64,000 nt of DNA, from assembly GCA_003518055.1 (NCBI GenBank), contig DOZJ01000002.1, forward strand, positions 170,137-234,136, given 5' to 3'. The notes under the pieces were generated by a model that did not search any database, had not been told where the DNA came from, and was given only the letters and a program-made list of their open reading frames with translations. Both the position numbers and the translations under genes were made by a program. Of the stretch, positions 28,112 to 38,493 are shown one piece after another (within the stretch, counting starts at the first letter, position 1; the number at the start of each line of letters is the position of its first letter). The DNA comes from Candidatus Falkowbacteria bacterium (GTDB lineage Bacteria > Patescibacteriota > Patescibacteriia > UBA11705).

Positions 28112-29680
28112 ATGAAAAAAATATTTTGTTTTATTAGCGCCTTGGCGTTATTAATCTTGCCGTCCGCGCCGGCTTTAGCGGCTGTCCAGGCGACTGTTAA
28201 TCCGTTGTTGAGTTCGGTTGTATATTCGTTTCATTTTGACCAGCCGGTACTGGATCTAAATCTTTCCGGGGTGGATTTCCTATACGCGTTAACGGTGGAA
28301 AATACCGGAGCCACAGCCAATGTTGGTGTTCATCAGCTTTGTTTGTATCAGGATGATGGCCCTGATGGTTTTGACGGTCTGGGGCTGGATTCTGACCTCG
28401 GGTGTGCCGCCTGGTCGGTCGAGGGCCAATATTGGTACTGGGATGATTTGTTTGTCTTTCTTGGTGATAACCCTCGGTTGTTTGTGACCGTTGAAACCAC
28501 CACCCTCAGCCGAACAATTCCCCTGCAGCTACGCATTCCATCGTATTACGACAAAAACAGCGACGGTGATTTTGACGCAGATGATGATCGTGGTTTGTTT
28601 GTCCTCGGTGAAACCGGTCTGCCGGCCGAGGCACTTCTCGATACCTCAACACATTATCTCGATTGGCGCTCCGGAAGCAATGCTGATTTATTCGGGCCAA
28701 AAATCGCGGTGACTAACTTATATGATGGTGATACGCTGTTTGACGGCTCGTTTTATACCATTGAGGGGCGAGCTCGTGATCAGGGAGGCGCTTTGATTAA
28801 AAGTTTAGAAATCTGCGTTGATGAGGTCTGTCAAATTGGATTTAATCTTGAAGATAATTTTCTCTACTGGGAATACGACTGGGTGTTTGACCATGACGGC
28901 GAGCATTCGATTTATGTCAAATCATTTGATAATGCCGGCAATGTAACGACAACGGCGCCCATGACTGTTCGAGTTGACAACAGCAATTCTTATTCAGCTG
29001 AGAATAGTAGCTACACCGTCAGTCAGACGGCTGCGGGCTTAAATCAAGTGGTTAGCGTAAATTTCGATATTCGAGATGTCAATAATGAACCTAAACCTGA
29101 TATTTTTGTTCAAGTTTATGAGTCCACCATGGGTGGTGTCCGACTAGATAAAAATGAAGGCTTTTCTGATGAAAACGGAGAAATCGTATTTGAAACTTGG
29201 TCAACGACTGCCGGTGAAGCCATGTATGATGTTTATATCAGTGGGGATTATTACGATACTTTTACCATTAATTATTCGGTTAAAACCGTTTTGGATTTTG
29301 AAACCGGCCGATTTATCAAATTAGCCGATCAATCAGCCGTCTATTTTCTTGACACCAATAATATCCGCCACGCCTACCCGACTCAAAAAGTGTGGGAATC
29401 ATACTGGGGGGCTGATTTTTCCCGCGTTGAGGTTGTCTCAAATGACATTATGGCCGGTTATTCCCTTGGCCGCAACGTCACGTTCAAGGCCGGAACGCTC
29501 ATGAAAATTCCTTCGGTGCCAAAAGTATATGAGGTGCAAAATACCGGTGAGATTCGATGGATTCAGGATGAATTAACCGCGAAAAATTTGTACGGCGACG
29601 ATTGGGCGGCCAAAGTCAAAGACTTGCCGGAATCATTTTTTACCGACTATGAAGAATCTGATCCACTGCCGGTCGGTTAA
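28112..29680 (+). CDS. secreted protein with a C-terminal copy of the ~100-aa domain found at the N-terminus of 23562..27185
   Basis: signal peptide; C-terminal FIKLADQSAVYFLD.NNIRHAYPTQKVWESYWG...VPKVYEV parallels LIKASGAAVYYYAADGKRYTFPTQSTYMTWYG...VPKVFAV. Confidence 0.5.
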   Translation: MKKIFCFISALALLILPSAPALAAVQATVNPLLSSVVYSFHFDQPVLDLNLSGVDFLYALTVENTGATANVGVHQLCLYQDDGPDGFDGLGLDSDLGCAAWSVEGQYWYWDDLFVFLGDNPRLFVTVETTTLSRTIPLQLRIPSYYDKNSDGDFDADDDRGLFVLGETGLPAEALLDTSTHYLDWRSGSNADLFGPKIAVTNLYDGDTLFDGSFYTIEGRARDQGGALIKSLEICVDEVCQIGFNLEDNFLYWEYDWVFDHDGEHSIYVKSFDNAGNVTTTAPMTVRVDNSNSYSAENSSYTVSQTAAGLNQVVSVNFDIRDVNNEPKPDIFVQVYESTMGGVRLDKNEGFSDENGEIVFETWSTTAGEAMYDVYISGDYYDTFTINYSVKTVLDFETGRFIKLADQSAVYFLDTNNIRHAYPTQKVWESYWGADFSRVEVVSNDIMAGYSLGRNVTFKAGTLMKIPSVPKVYEVQNTGEIRWIQDELTAKNLYGDDWAAKVKDLPESFFTDYEESDPLPVG

Positions 29681-29733
29681 TTAGAATGTTGTCCCCAAGC
29701 GACAAAAATTAAATCGATTACAAAAATCACCCT

Positions 29734-29766
29734 GATGTGGGGTGATTTTTTTGTTTCCGCGGCTCG
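29734..29766 (+). terminator. rho-independent terminator
   Basis: aatcaccc-tgatgtg-gggtgatt hairpin followed by ttttttgttt. Confidence 0.55.
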
Positions 29767-29958
29767 ACAATTATCAATGGATAAAATTAGTAAATCTTGG
29801 GAAAATAACTATACACTAGGTCCAAAGTAAATTAAAAAATTATCCCGACGGATTTTCTGATCAGCGTTAAAATTTTACCCCTTGATCGTTGTTCAAGATT
29901 GAATTATCATCAAGCGTTGGTTACATTTTACGGCGGTTGAAAATCGGTCTCAAATGTA

Positions 29959-30602
29959 TGACAACAGCCACCAAGGAAAAGGAAGCTGTCAGTGCGACAA
30001 TTAAAAAATTCAAAACTCCATTTCGCCAACCCGGCGGAACGTATTTTTATTCAACGGCCGTATGCGGCAAAAAGAATATTTTTGTTTGTGAGGCGTATAT
30101 GGATTTATTAGTTAATGCGTTCAAGTTGGCCGAAGTTCAGCATGATGTGAAAAGCTTGGCGTACGTCATCATGCCGAATCATTTTTACTGGGTTTTTCGT
30201 CTGAGCGAGAATCAGGACAACCCGGGCGCGGTTTATGGCACGGTCAAAAAAGAAGTCACGCTCGAAATTTTAAAACTGCTCAGCGCCGAAGCCAAAAACG
30301 AATCAGACCGCAAGGAGATGCTGGAAATTTTCAAAAGCAATGACGCGGTCAAGCGCTCTGAACCAAAACATATTTTATGGGATTTCAAGCAGGCGGCCAA
30401 GGTTCTGGATGACGGCCGAAAATTTGTGGTTTGGGAGAAAAAAAGTAAAGTTTTTCCCATCAACGATGAAAAATCTTTGATTCGCAACCTTCGGTTTGTG
30501 GCCGATGCGCCTGTTCGTGATCGTTGGCATCTGGTCGAACGTAATTTGGATTATCCGTATTTATATGTGGCGGAAGAATTCCAATCAAAAATAATGGCCT
30601 AG
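29959..30602 (+). CDS. IS200/IS605 TnpA-like / REP-associated tyrosine transposase (RAYT)-like Y1 HuH-family protein with a degenerate HuH motif (NHFY instead of HxH)
   Basis: R.P..GG.YF.T motif (FRQPGGTYFYSTAV); AYVIMPNHFYWVF in the HuH position; C-terminal RFVADAPVRDRWHLVERNLDYPYLYV resembles the RAYT C-terminus. The track ORF starts at TTG 29889; the first ATG is at 29959. Confidence 0.5.
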
Positions 30603-30663
30603 TGTTTAATTCTTAATATGGGGGCCGGTGGTTCGTCCACCGGCTCCCGAAGGAGGGTTTCAT

Positions 30664-32616
30664 ATGACCCACAAATTATTGAGGTTAACGCTAGCGATTG
30701 GATTGGCGTTCATCTTATTCTCCGGCGGGGTTCAAGCGGAGGAAATAACTATTGATGCTATTCCCGCGGTTTGTACCTGTACTTGTAATTTTAGCTTTGA
30801 TCCTGAAAATATACCTTCTCTTGAAGATTTAGAGATCGAAGCGGAGGCGGATTTATCATCTGAATATTCTGTTTCTCCCGATGATATTGTCATCTCTGAG
30901 TTCGTGGCTGACCCTGTTTCAAATGAGAGTGAGTGGGTGGAATTGTATAACCAAACAGCATACAATCTAGATCTGACCGATTGGTATTTGCTTGAGGGCG
31001 CGGGGCGGCGGACGGATATTGCCGAGATAATACCGGCGGGAAGTTATTTGGTTGTTGAAACCACCAATTTGAATAATAGCGGGGATACGATTATCGTGAA
31101 AAATCACGATGATGTGGTTATCACTTCATTGGATTATGGTGATTTTAACTCTGGGGTTGCCGCCAATAATGCCCCGAGCCACATTGATCCAGACTCAGTT
31201 ATCCGTCTACCGGATTCATCATATGCTGTAACCGAGGTTCCGACTCCGGGCGAGCCCAATGTATTTATCTCGCCAATAATTGAGGTTGATGATTCTGATG
31301 AGATAAATATCCCATTGGTTGAGACCGGCGGTGATGATGTTGTCATTTCTTCGGATGAGAGCGATGAGTCACAAGATAGTTCAACTGAGCCGAGTTATGA
31401 GTTGTCTCCTGATATTATGATTACGGAAATTTTTCCCGATCCGGCTGGAGCGGATTCAAATTTTGAATGGGTTGAATTATTCAACTCTGGCAGTTCGGCG
31501 GTGAATTTATCGGGCTGGATTTTAGACGACATTGATGGCGGCAGCTCCCCGTATGTAATTTCTGAATCTTTGATTATTCCTGGTTTGGGATATCAAAGCT
31601 TCGACAAAAGCGTTACCGGTTTATCACTCAATAATAACGAAGACAGTGTCAGATTGATTGATCCGATTGGCGCGGTTATTTCCAGTATTGATTACAGTCG
31701 TGCTGTTGAAGGGCAAAGTTATGGTTATGCTGAATCCGGCTGGTTTTGGTCCGAAGACCCAAGCCCGGGCGAGGTAAACGCGACTCCGCTTACAGAAACA
31801 GAAGATCAAATGGCTGTGGCCGATGTTTCTACTTCCACCAAAACAAACCAAACGAAAAGTAAAACCGAGTTAAACTATAAAATTGTCTTACCCGCTGAGA
31901 TTAAAAATTTAGTCAAAGGTGATTTGGTCGAGACCTCCGGCGTAGTTGCTGTCCCACCGAATGACTTTAGCGCCAAAATCGGTTATCTTGACGGTGTTCA
32001 GATTTATAATTCCAAAGCCGCCTGGCCAAACTTAAGCCGCGGCGATCGCGTGACGGTGCGGGGAAAAGTTTCCGAGTATTTTAGCGAGAAGCGAATCCTC
32101 ATCGACTCGGTCGATGATGTCATTATGGTTGATAGTGGTGAATTGGCGCCGTTAAAAATCGATACCCGCGACTTTACGCCTGAGATTGTGGGTCGCTACG
32201 TTCGTTTTGATGGGAAAATTGTTGACCGATCCGGATCCAAACTGACTTTGGCGGACGATTATGGCGAGGGGCTGGCGGTTATAAAGGCCGACACCGGCAT
32301 TTCGAGCGCGGAGTTTTCATCAGGTGATAATGTGAACATTATCGGTGTTTTGAGTCAATACAAAGATGAGATCCGGCTCATGCCGGCCTCGCCCGCCGAT
32401 ATTGTTGTTCCTGAGTTGGCCGCGCGCGAAGCCGAGGGGCTCCCGGGCGCCAGTCAGCTGCTACCGCTTTCGGTTTCCAGCCGGACGCCCGTTGTTGTTA
32501 TTTCTATCATTTCGGCGCTGGCTCTGCTCGCCGTCTGGCAGCGGAAATTCTTGTCCGAACAGATGAAAAAAATTATTGGATTGATTCGAGCAAAATTAAA
32601 TCAACCGATTGTTTAG
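30664..32616 (+). CDS. lamin-tail-domain (LTD) protein with two LTD modules, acidic linkers, a C-terminal OB-like region and a C-terminal TM anchor
   Basis: IVISEFVADPVSNESEWVELYNQTAYNLDLTDWYL and IMITEIFPDPAGADSNFEWVELFNSGSSAVNLSGWIL. GGAGGG RBS before the ATG at 30664; the upstream part of the track ORF is a GC hairpin. Confidence 0.65.
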   Translation: MTHKLLRLTLAIGLAFILFSGGVQAEEITIDAIPAVCTCTCNFSFDPENIPSLEDLEIEAEADLSSEYSVSPDDIVISEFVADPVSNESEWVELYNQTAYNLDLTDWYLLEGAGRRTDIAEIIPAGSYLVVETTNLNNSGDTIIVKNHDDVVITSLDYGDFNSGVAANNAPSHIDPDSVIRLPDSSYAVTEVPTPGEPNVFISPIIEVDDSDEINIPLVETGGDDVVISSDESDESQDSSTEPSYELSPDIMITEIFPDPAGADSNFEWVELFNSGSSAVNLSGWILDDIDGGSSPYVISESLIIPGLGYQSFDKSVTGLSLNNNEDSVRLIDPIGAVISSIDYSRAVEGQSYGYAESGWFWSEDPSPGEVNATPLTETEDQMAVADVSTSTKTNQTKSKTELNYKIVLPAEIKNLVKGDLVETSGVVAVPPNDFSAKIGYLDGVQIYNSKAAWPNLSRGDRVTVRGKVSEYFSEKRILIDSVDDVIMVDSGELAPLKIDTRDFTPEIVGRYVRFDGKIVDRSGSKLTLADDYGEGLAVIKADTGISSAEFSSGDNVNIIGVLSQYKDEIRLMPASPADIVVPELAAREAEGLPGASQLLPLSVSSRTPVVVISIISALALLAVWQRKFLSEQMKKIIGLIRAKLNQPIV

Positions 32617-32820
32617 TCAAAGACACGGGACGCCGTGTCTTTCTCTATCGTTGAAGAATGGTGTATGGGCTAAAAATTATGGTTTATTCAGTAATTGGAT
32701 CGTGATTATGTGTTGATAACTATCAGGGTATTCTCTTGGTCGTGAAAGGGATTTTGTGGTATAATTTTACTAGAAAAATAAGCCATAAGAGACCATGCTG
32801 GCTAATTTTGCATACATACT

Positions 32821-35496
32821 ATGAATTTGACTGGAATCACACGAATTATCGGTTCTGGTTTGTCTCGGATTTTAAATTTATTCCGGTTTCGGTATCCCAA
32901 AACCGTTCTGGTGGTTTTTGTTGGATTGATTCTCTCATCATTTGTCGTTGCCGGCTTTGTTTTTGCCGCTGGCGGCACCGTCGATTCTATCCTGCAGTTT
33001 TTGGGCAAAATTTTATCCTATTTGGCTTATGGTATCGCTTATATTTTGAGTTTGCTGGTCAGTCAAATTTTTGTGCTCCTGATTGTCGCCAGCTCTTATG
33101 ACAACTTTTTCAATGAAGCGGTCAATAAAGGCTGGGTGATTATTCGCGATCTGGTCAACATGGGGCTTGTGATCATATTGTTAGTTTACGCCTTCGGGAT
33201 GATTTTCCGCATGGAGGACAAAGTTGGCGGCAACAAAGCTCTGGCCAAGATTATTCTCGTGGCGGTTTTGATCAACTTCAGCAAACTGGCGGCGGCCCTC
33301 ATGATTGATATCGCGCAGGTTTTTATGATGACCTTTGTCAATGGCTACGCGGCTACGGCCGGTGGCAATTTGATCCAAGGTATCGGTATGGCTCAGTATT
33401 TTGATTTCGCGACGAATAGCGCGGGTGAAACGACCGATTGGATAAAGCTGCTCGGCATGTTGGCCTTTACCATTGTTTTTTTGATTTTCACCGGCATCAT
33501 CACCTTTATGTTGGTGATCGTTCTTTTGACGCGGATTGTGATGCTCTGGATTTTAATTATCCTGTCTCCAATCGGATTTCTCAATTTTATTGGATTTAAG
33601 GGAATCTCAACTTATACCCAGATGTGGTGGTCCGAGTTTAGTAAGGCGGTTATTGTCGGTCCGGTCGTGGCGTTTTTCTTGTGGTTGTCGCTCCTTATGA
33701 TGTCTGATGCCCAAAATAATTTTAATACGCCCAAAATTGAAGAACAGGCAGCTCTAACCACTTCCGGCCAAGCCGGCGGTGTGGGACGAACTCAGCATCC
33801 ATTGGAAAATCTGGAAATGTTTATTCCGGCCGTGATGTCGCTTGCCATGCTCTACGGCTCATATAAAATTACACAGAAAATCGGCGGCGCGGTGGCCGGC
33901 GGTGCGGGCCGATGGGCCTACGCCAAAGGCCAGAAATACGCCGGCGCTCAATCTTGGAAGAAAGGTGGTTTCCTTAACAAGGGAACACGGAGTGTCGGTA
34001 GATTTACCGCCAAAAAAGTGGCTCCAGTTTTGGCCAGTCGCCCTGTTAAGGCGTTGGCTGGGTTAGCTGGTGGCGCTGGTGGCGCAGTTTTAGGCGGTGT
34101 TCGCAGTTTAGCTCGAATCCCGGAAAATATTTTCAGGGGTGGCGCTAAAGGCTTTCGCGAGGGATTTGAATCTTTCGCTCCTGCCGCCGGTGGAGTCGGA
34201 AAGGGAAGACGATTGGCTCAAAATGTCTTGGCCGGTGTTGTTGGCGGCGTGGGTGCTCTCGGTGGTGCTCTTGGCTATGGCGTGGTCCAAACCGTTGGGT
34301 CTGGTGTTTATCGTGGTACTGGGGGAGCTTACAGTCGAACAGGGAAACTTATTGATCATGCTACCTCAAAGTTGGCACTGGATGATATTGCAAAATATGA
34401 TAAAAAACTTGAAAAATATAAAGGCGATGATCCTCAAGGCAAGGCCACATTGCGTCAAACCATGAGGAATGAAGGCCGCACGATGGAAGAGCGCGCCGCG
34501 GCGATGAGAATTTTAGGTCAACAGGGTGATCTCGGCGGAGCTGATGCTGAGGACGTTAAGGCTATTCGGCGCGCGTTTTCTAGCCGTAAAGGCGTTATGA
34601 CCGGGTTGAAGCTGGGAGACAGCTTGAAGCATTTGGAGTATGATTTGACGACCGAAGAAGGTAAAGACCAGTTTAAAACCGCGATTAAAAACAAAAAAAT
34701 TGATGTGTCTAAGTTGGATTCAAGCGCCTTGGATGATACTGTCGTGGTTGAGGCTATGCAGGATGCGCTTGGTAATAAAGGATTTACCCAGAAACTTCAG
34801 GTAATGGTTGAAAATAATCCCCAAGCCAAAGATCGCGTAGTTCAAACCCTTGAAGCTCGAATTAACGCAGCCGGGACCAGTAACGCGGACAAAAGCCGAA
34901 TGCGTCAGGGGCAAGCCAAAGTTGCGAAATCATTTAACATTACGGTTGATGGCCCTGGTGGAACCAAGGTAACGAAAAACGTTTTTGCCGGCAGCGGCCT
35001 CAGTCCTCAGCAGCAAGCGCATGAAATGGCGCAGTTTGTTGGTAGTGTTAAAGGTGAGGATCTGGCCAAGATCCCTGCGGCTGAATTATCCGCCTTAGAT
35101 CCAGATCAGCTTCAAGCGTTTCTGAGCAGCGTTTCTCGTGAACAACTAGGGAATATAGCCTCTGAGTTCGGGCCGGGTGAAGCTGAAAATATGATCGCCC
35201 AACTCCAAGCTCAATTCACCGCCATGAGTGCTACGCCGCCCGCGGCGGGCTCCGCGGCCGCGAGACGATTCTCGCGTATGTCAAACAATATGGAGGAGAT
35301 GGCCCTTGATCCGCGGTTGATGGGAACGGAATTTGATAATCTGAGATCCGGAGCAGCTCAAACAATCATCAATAATAAAATTGCCGATCTTACTGCCCGA
35401 AGATCCGTAGCCGGTTTAACCACAGCTCAAATTGAGGATATTGATGATGATATTGTTGCTTATAACAAGAAGCTGACGAAGCTTAGAACCATGTAA
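32821..35496 (+). CDS. polytopic membrane protein, VirB6/TrbL-like type IV secretion component candidate, with a long Gly/Ala-rich and charged C-terminal domain
   Basis: at least 6 TM helices in the first ~330 aa; Gly-rich low-complexity region; synteny with VirB3/PrgI-like and VirB4 genes. An extended -10 TGgTATAAT lies at about 32754-32764. Confidence 0.4.
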   Translation: MNLTGITRIIGSGLSRILNLFRFRYPKTVLVVFVGLILSSFVVAGFVFAAGGTVDSILQFLGKILSYLAYGIAYILSLLVSQIFVLLIVASSYDNFFNEAVNKGWVIIRDLVNMGLVIILLVYAFGMIFRMEDKVGGNKALAKIILVAVLINFSKLAAALMIDIAQVFMMTFVNGYAATAGGNLIQGIGMAQYFDFATNSAGETTDWIKLLGMLAFTIVFLIFTGIITFMLVIVLLTRIVMLWILIILSPIGFLNFIGFKGISTYTQMWWSEFSKAVIVGPVVAFFLWLSLLMMSDAQNNFNTPKIEEQAALTTSGQAGGVGRTQHPLENLEMFIPAVMSLAMLYGSYKITQKIGGAVAGGAGRWAYAKGQKYAGAQSWKKGGFLNKGTRSVGRFTAKKVAPVLASRPVKALAGLAGGAGGAVLGGVRSLARIPENIFRGGAKGFREGFESFAPAAGGVGKGRRLAQNVLAGVVGGVGALGGALGYGVVQTVGSGVYRGTGGAYSRTGKLIDHATSKLALDDIAKYDKKLEKYKGDDPQGKATLRQTMRNEGRTMEERAAAMRILGQQGDLGGADAEDVKAIRRAFSSRKGVMTGLKLGDSLKHLEYDLTTEEGKDQFKTAIKNKKIDVSKLDSSALDDTVVVEAMQDALGNKGFTQKLQVMVENNPQAKDRVVQTLEARINAAGTSNADKSRMRQGQAKVAKSFNITVDGPGGTKVTKNVFAGSGLSPQQQAHEMAQFVGSVKGEDLAKIPAAELSALDPDQLQAFLSSVSREQLGNIASEFGPGEAENMIAQLQAQFTAMSATPPAAGSAAARRFSRMSNNMEEMALDPRLMGTEFDNLRSGAAQTIINNKIADLTARRSVAGLTTAQIEDIDDDIVAYNKKLTKLRTM

Positions 35497-35519
35497 TGTC
35501 AAAGTAATAGAAGTAAAAT

Positions 35520-37013
35520 ATGCCGGACAATATTAATGATAAAATTAAAGGGTTGCCGCCGAAGGTTAGACAGATCCTTTTGGCGGATTTTGGTGTTGAT
35601 GTAATGAAACAGCTGTCTGAAAAGTATTATTTTTCCATTCTGGACTCGGCCGCCTTGACCAAAATCATTACCATGGCTTTTTTGAAAGAACTGCCGATTG
35701 ACACCATGGAAGCGGCCATTGCCAAAGAAGTGGATGTGGACAAAAAACAGGTCCGGCCGCTTCTGATCGAAGTCCTTGGCCGGCGTTTGTTGGTAGCAGA
35801 TGATTATTTCGAGGGAAAAGTGACTGAGCAGTTAACCGCACTCAAAACTGATCCAGCGTCTTTTACTACCGATGTCAAAAACTATAAAGACGCGGTCCGC
35901 AAAGAATTTGCCAAACCCAAAGCAAAATTAGAGTCTCCGGCGTCTGATGAAGAAGAACGCAATATCGTCGAAGAACGCATCCCCGAACTGAAAATCGGCG
36001 ACCCTGAGTCCGAGCTGCGGGAAATGTCCACCTTATTGAAGGAACACGCGGTTTTTACCGTCACCACCGATGAACTGCTTTTCCGTGTAGATGCCAACAT
36101 TATTATCATTACCCTGCTCCAAACCGCCAAAGAAGTCCAGCCGGAATTGATCAAGGCGCTCCTCGCCAATGAGGAAAAAATCGGGACCAAAAAAATTGAC
36201 CATCAAGGTGAACAATGGGATCCGACCATTGGCAATTGGCTGAAAGATTATGTCAGTTTTCTCCCATTCAATGAGAATGAAAAACTCAGCACTCTCCACA
36301 AAGCCAAATATTACGCGGAAAATTCCAGCGTCAAAAATTTGACCGATGAAGAGAAACAGCTCCTCGATCGGATTTTTGATACTTATGAAAATATCCGAAA
36401 TTTTTATTTTGATTTGGACACCATGCCGATCAGTGATATTCAGATATTCCCTTTTACCGAAGACGAACAAGACAAATTTTTCGCTCAATACGGCCACGGA
36501 ACGCCGGAGCACACCGAAGCCGGCACCGCCGATCAAGGCTCAGAGTTGGATCCGATGAAAGGCAATGAGCGCGACAATGACGCGGTCGAAATATATTACA
36601 ATCAATTAGTTGAAACGACTCGCAAGGATCGCAAACGGCTGAGCGACCAGCTATACAAAGACATTCTTGAACGCAAAAAAATCGAGATTTTGGCCGGTTT
36701 GAAACTCCTGATTGAGGTCGGGTTGGTCGATAATGTGGTGATGGAGGATAAACGCTATCGCGACCTTCTGGCCGCCCATTACAAACGCAATGCTATGACG
36801 GTGGAACTCAAAGCCTTTGAATCGGGCGATATTGAACCCGGACATGTCAAACAGTTTATCAAATATTTGTTGACCGAACGTCTCGGTATGACCGAAAGCA
36901 CCAGCGGTTACTGGGCGGTGCAGTTTGGCAACATGTTCCGCGCGCAGGGCAAAAAAGACTTGGCGCAGATGGCTTATTTTGACATGCCAAACAAAGAATT
37001 CAAATGGTTATAA
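35520..37013 (+). CDS. hypothetical acidic soluble protein within the T4SS-like block
   Basis: 497-aa ORF with ATG start. Confidence 0.4.
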   Translation: MPDNINDKIKGLPPKVRQILLADFGVDVMKQLSEKYYFSILDSAALTKIITMAFLKELPIDTMEAAIAKEVDVDKKQVRPLLIEVLGRRLLVADDYFEGKVTEQLTALKTDPASFTTDVKNYKDAVRKEFAKPKAKLESPASDEEERNIVEERIPELKIGDPESELREMSTLLKEHAVFTVTTDELLFRVDANIIIITLLQTAKEVQPELIKALLANEEKIGTKKIDHQGEQWDPTIGNWLKDYVSFLPFNENEKLSTLHKAKYYAENSSVKNLTDEEKQLLDRIFDTYENIRNFYFDLDTMPISDIQIFPFTEDEQDKFFAQYGHGTPEHTEAGTADQGSELDPMKGNERDNDAVEIYYNQLVETTRKDRKRLSDQLYKDILERKKIEILAGLKLLIEVGLVDNVVMEDKRYRDLLAAHYKRNAMTVELKAFESGDIEPGHVKQFIKYLLTERLGMTESTSGYWAVQFGNMFRAQGKKDLAQMAYFDMPNKEFKWL

Positions 37014-37143
37014 GGCGGTTCTTTCAGGCCCTTCGATTTTACTCCGATGGAATCCAAAGCAGTTAGATGGTCTGTGTTATCCTTCGAAAATAGAATTGGT
37101 AATTGCTTAAGGGTTAATTTTACTTCTCTTATCATTCATCATT

Positions 37144-38445
37144 ATGCCCAACACTGACGACTACATTTTGGTCAAAGACAAAGACGGCAATCTGAAATAT
37201 TACAAGGATGGCCGGTATTTTTCGATTGAAGAAATCGAGGCCGGTGAAAAGAAATCTGCACCAACAACCAAACCAAAAACAGATGATGATGATGTGGTTC
37301 ATGATGAACACATGAAATCAGCTAATGGCGAACTGGATAGATTGGTTGAATCAACCGTCGACAAAATTATTGATCAGCTCAAAATAAAATTTACCGACAC
37401 CAAGATAAAACAGCGTTTTTATACCATTCTCAGCTCAAAGCTGCGAGAAATTCGGTCCGACAAGGAAGTGAGATACATGTTGACCGTACCAAAAGCTGAA
37501 GGCGGTCTCGGCTTAGATGAGCAAAAAGCAGATTTGGTTCTAACCGTGGTCAAAAAACATGAAAGTGATTTATCCAAAAGCAAAAATCAAATTACATCAG
37601 ACGCCATTGCCAAAAGCGGTTCGATTAAACCTGCTCCAAGTCCCGTTCCGCCAAAACTCACGCAACCAAAACCGATTGACCCAATAACACCAAAAATTGA
37701 AGCGCCAAAACCGGCTCCGGCCAAAAAACCGGCTGCATTGGAAACGGTAATTGATGTTACGGACTTAGATCGGCTTAAAGCCAAATTTCTCGCACCCAAA
37801 CCCGAAATTAGCCAACCTGAACCACCGGAACCAAAACTTGAAATCACCCAAGCTTTAGCTTCAGGGCCTAAACCAGAAACCAGCCCAGATAAACCTTCAG
37901 CGCTTATCCAACCAAAACCGCAACCATCAACCCCACCGGCACCGGCGCCTAAAGCCAAGTATGATTTTGTTGATGAGCTCATTGGTAAAGGACAACCTGA
38001 GCTTAAACCAGAGGATATTATCACTCGGCGTCAGGATTCAGGCGACAAAAAACCGCCGATGCGAAAACCATTGCCGCCCAAAAATCACCAGACTATGGAT
38101 TCTGGTACTGTTAAGCCATATCTCATGGGGCCGGTTGAGGAACTGCGGACCCTTGATCTGGAAAATTTTGTCCGTATGGGAACTTCTCCGCGCGATACCG
38201 CTGACAATATTTATGAAAAAATCGCCACGCTAAAAGCCGAATCTTGGCGCCGCGGCCTTGAAGGTGTCGCCGCTTGGAAGTCATCACCAGTTTTCAAATT
38301 GTATACTCAGATGGGAGTTGACAGTATCGTTCACGGCAAATCGATTGATCAGGTGATCGTTGACCGTCAGATCGCCAATCAAGAAAGCCTATCTCCCGAT
38401 CAATTCCAGGCAATTCTGGAGCTGAGCCAGCGCTTTGACGCTTGA
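37144..38445 (+). CDS. hypothetical protein with a Pro/Lys-rich (PKP-repeat) central linker
   Basis: 433-aa ORF; low-complexity PxP region at residues 150-310. Confidence 0.4.
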   Translation: MPNTDDYILVKDKDGNLKYYKDGRYFSIEEIEAGEKKSAPTTKPKTDDDDVVHDEHMKSANGELDRLVESTVDKIIDQLKIKFTDTKIKQRFYTILSSKLREIRSDKEVRYMLTVPKAEGGLGLDEQKADLVLTVVKKHESDLSKSKNQITSDAIAKSGSIKPAPSPVPPKLTQPKPIDPITPKIEAPKPAPAKKPAALETVIDVTDLDRLKAKFLAPKPEISQPEPPEPKLEITQALASGPKPETSPDKPSALIQPKPQPSTPPAPAPKAKYDFVDELIGKGQPELKPEDIITRRQDSGDKKPPMRKPLPPKNHQTMDSGTVKPYLMGPVEELRTLDLENFVRMGTSPRDTADNIYEKIATLKAESWRRGLEGVAAWKSSPVFKLYTQMGVDSIVHGKSIDQVIVDRQIANQESLSPDQFQAILELSQRFDA

Positions 38446-38493
38446 GTTTCATTTTTTAGTCACGTATATTTTTTCCATTGAATAAAGTTTTCT

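Noticed and set aside
30618-30663. upstream extension (GTG 30628 or ATG 30618) of the lamin-tail gene
   Set aside because: The extension consists of a GC hairpin (ggggccggtgg/ccaccggctccc) followed by a GGAGGG RBS and the ATG at 30664.
32736-33101. ORF 32736..33101 (+)
   Set aside because: It overlaps the promoter and the start of the 32821 membrane-protein gene in another frame, and its Cys/Arg/Trp-rich composition is typical of an out-of-frame artefact.
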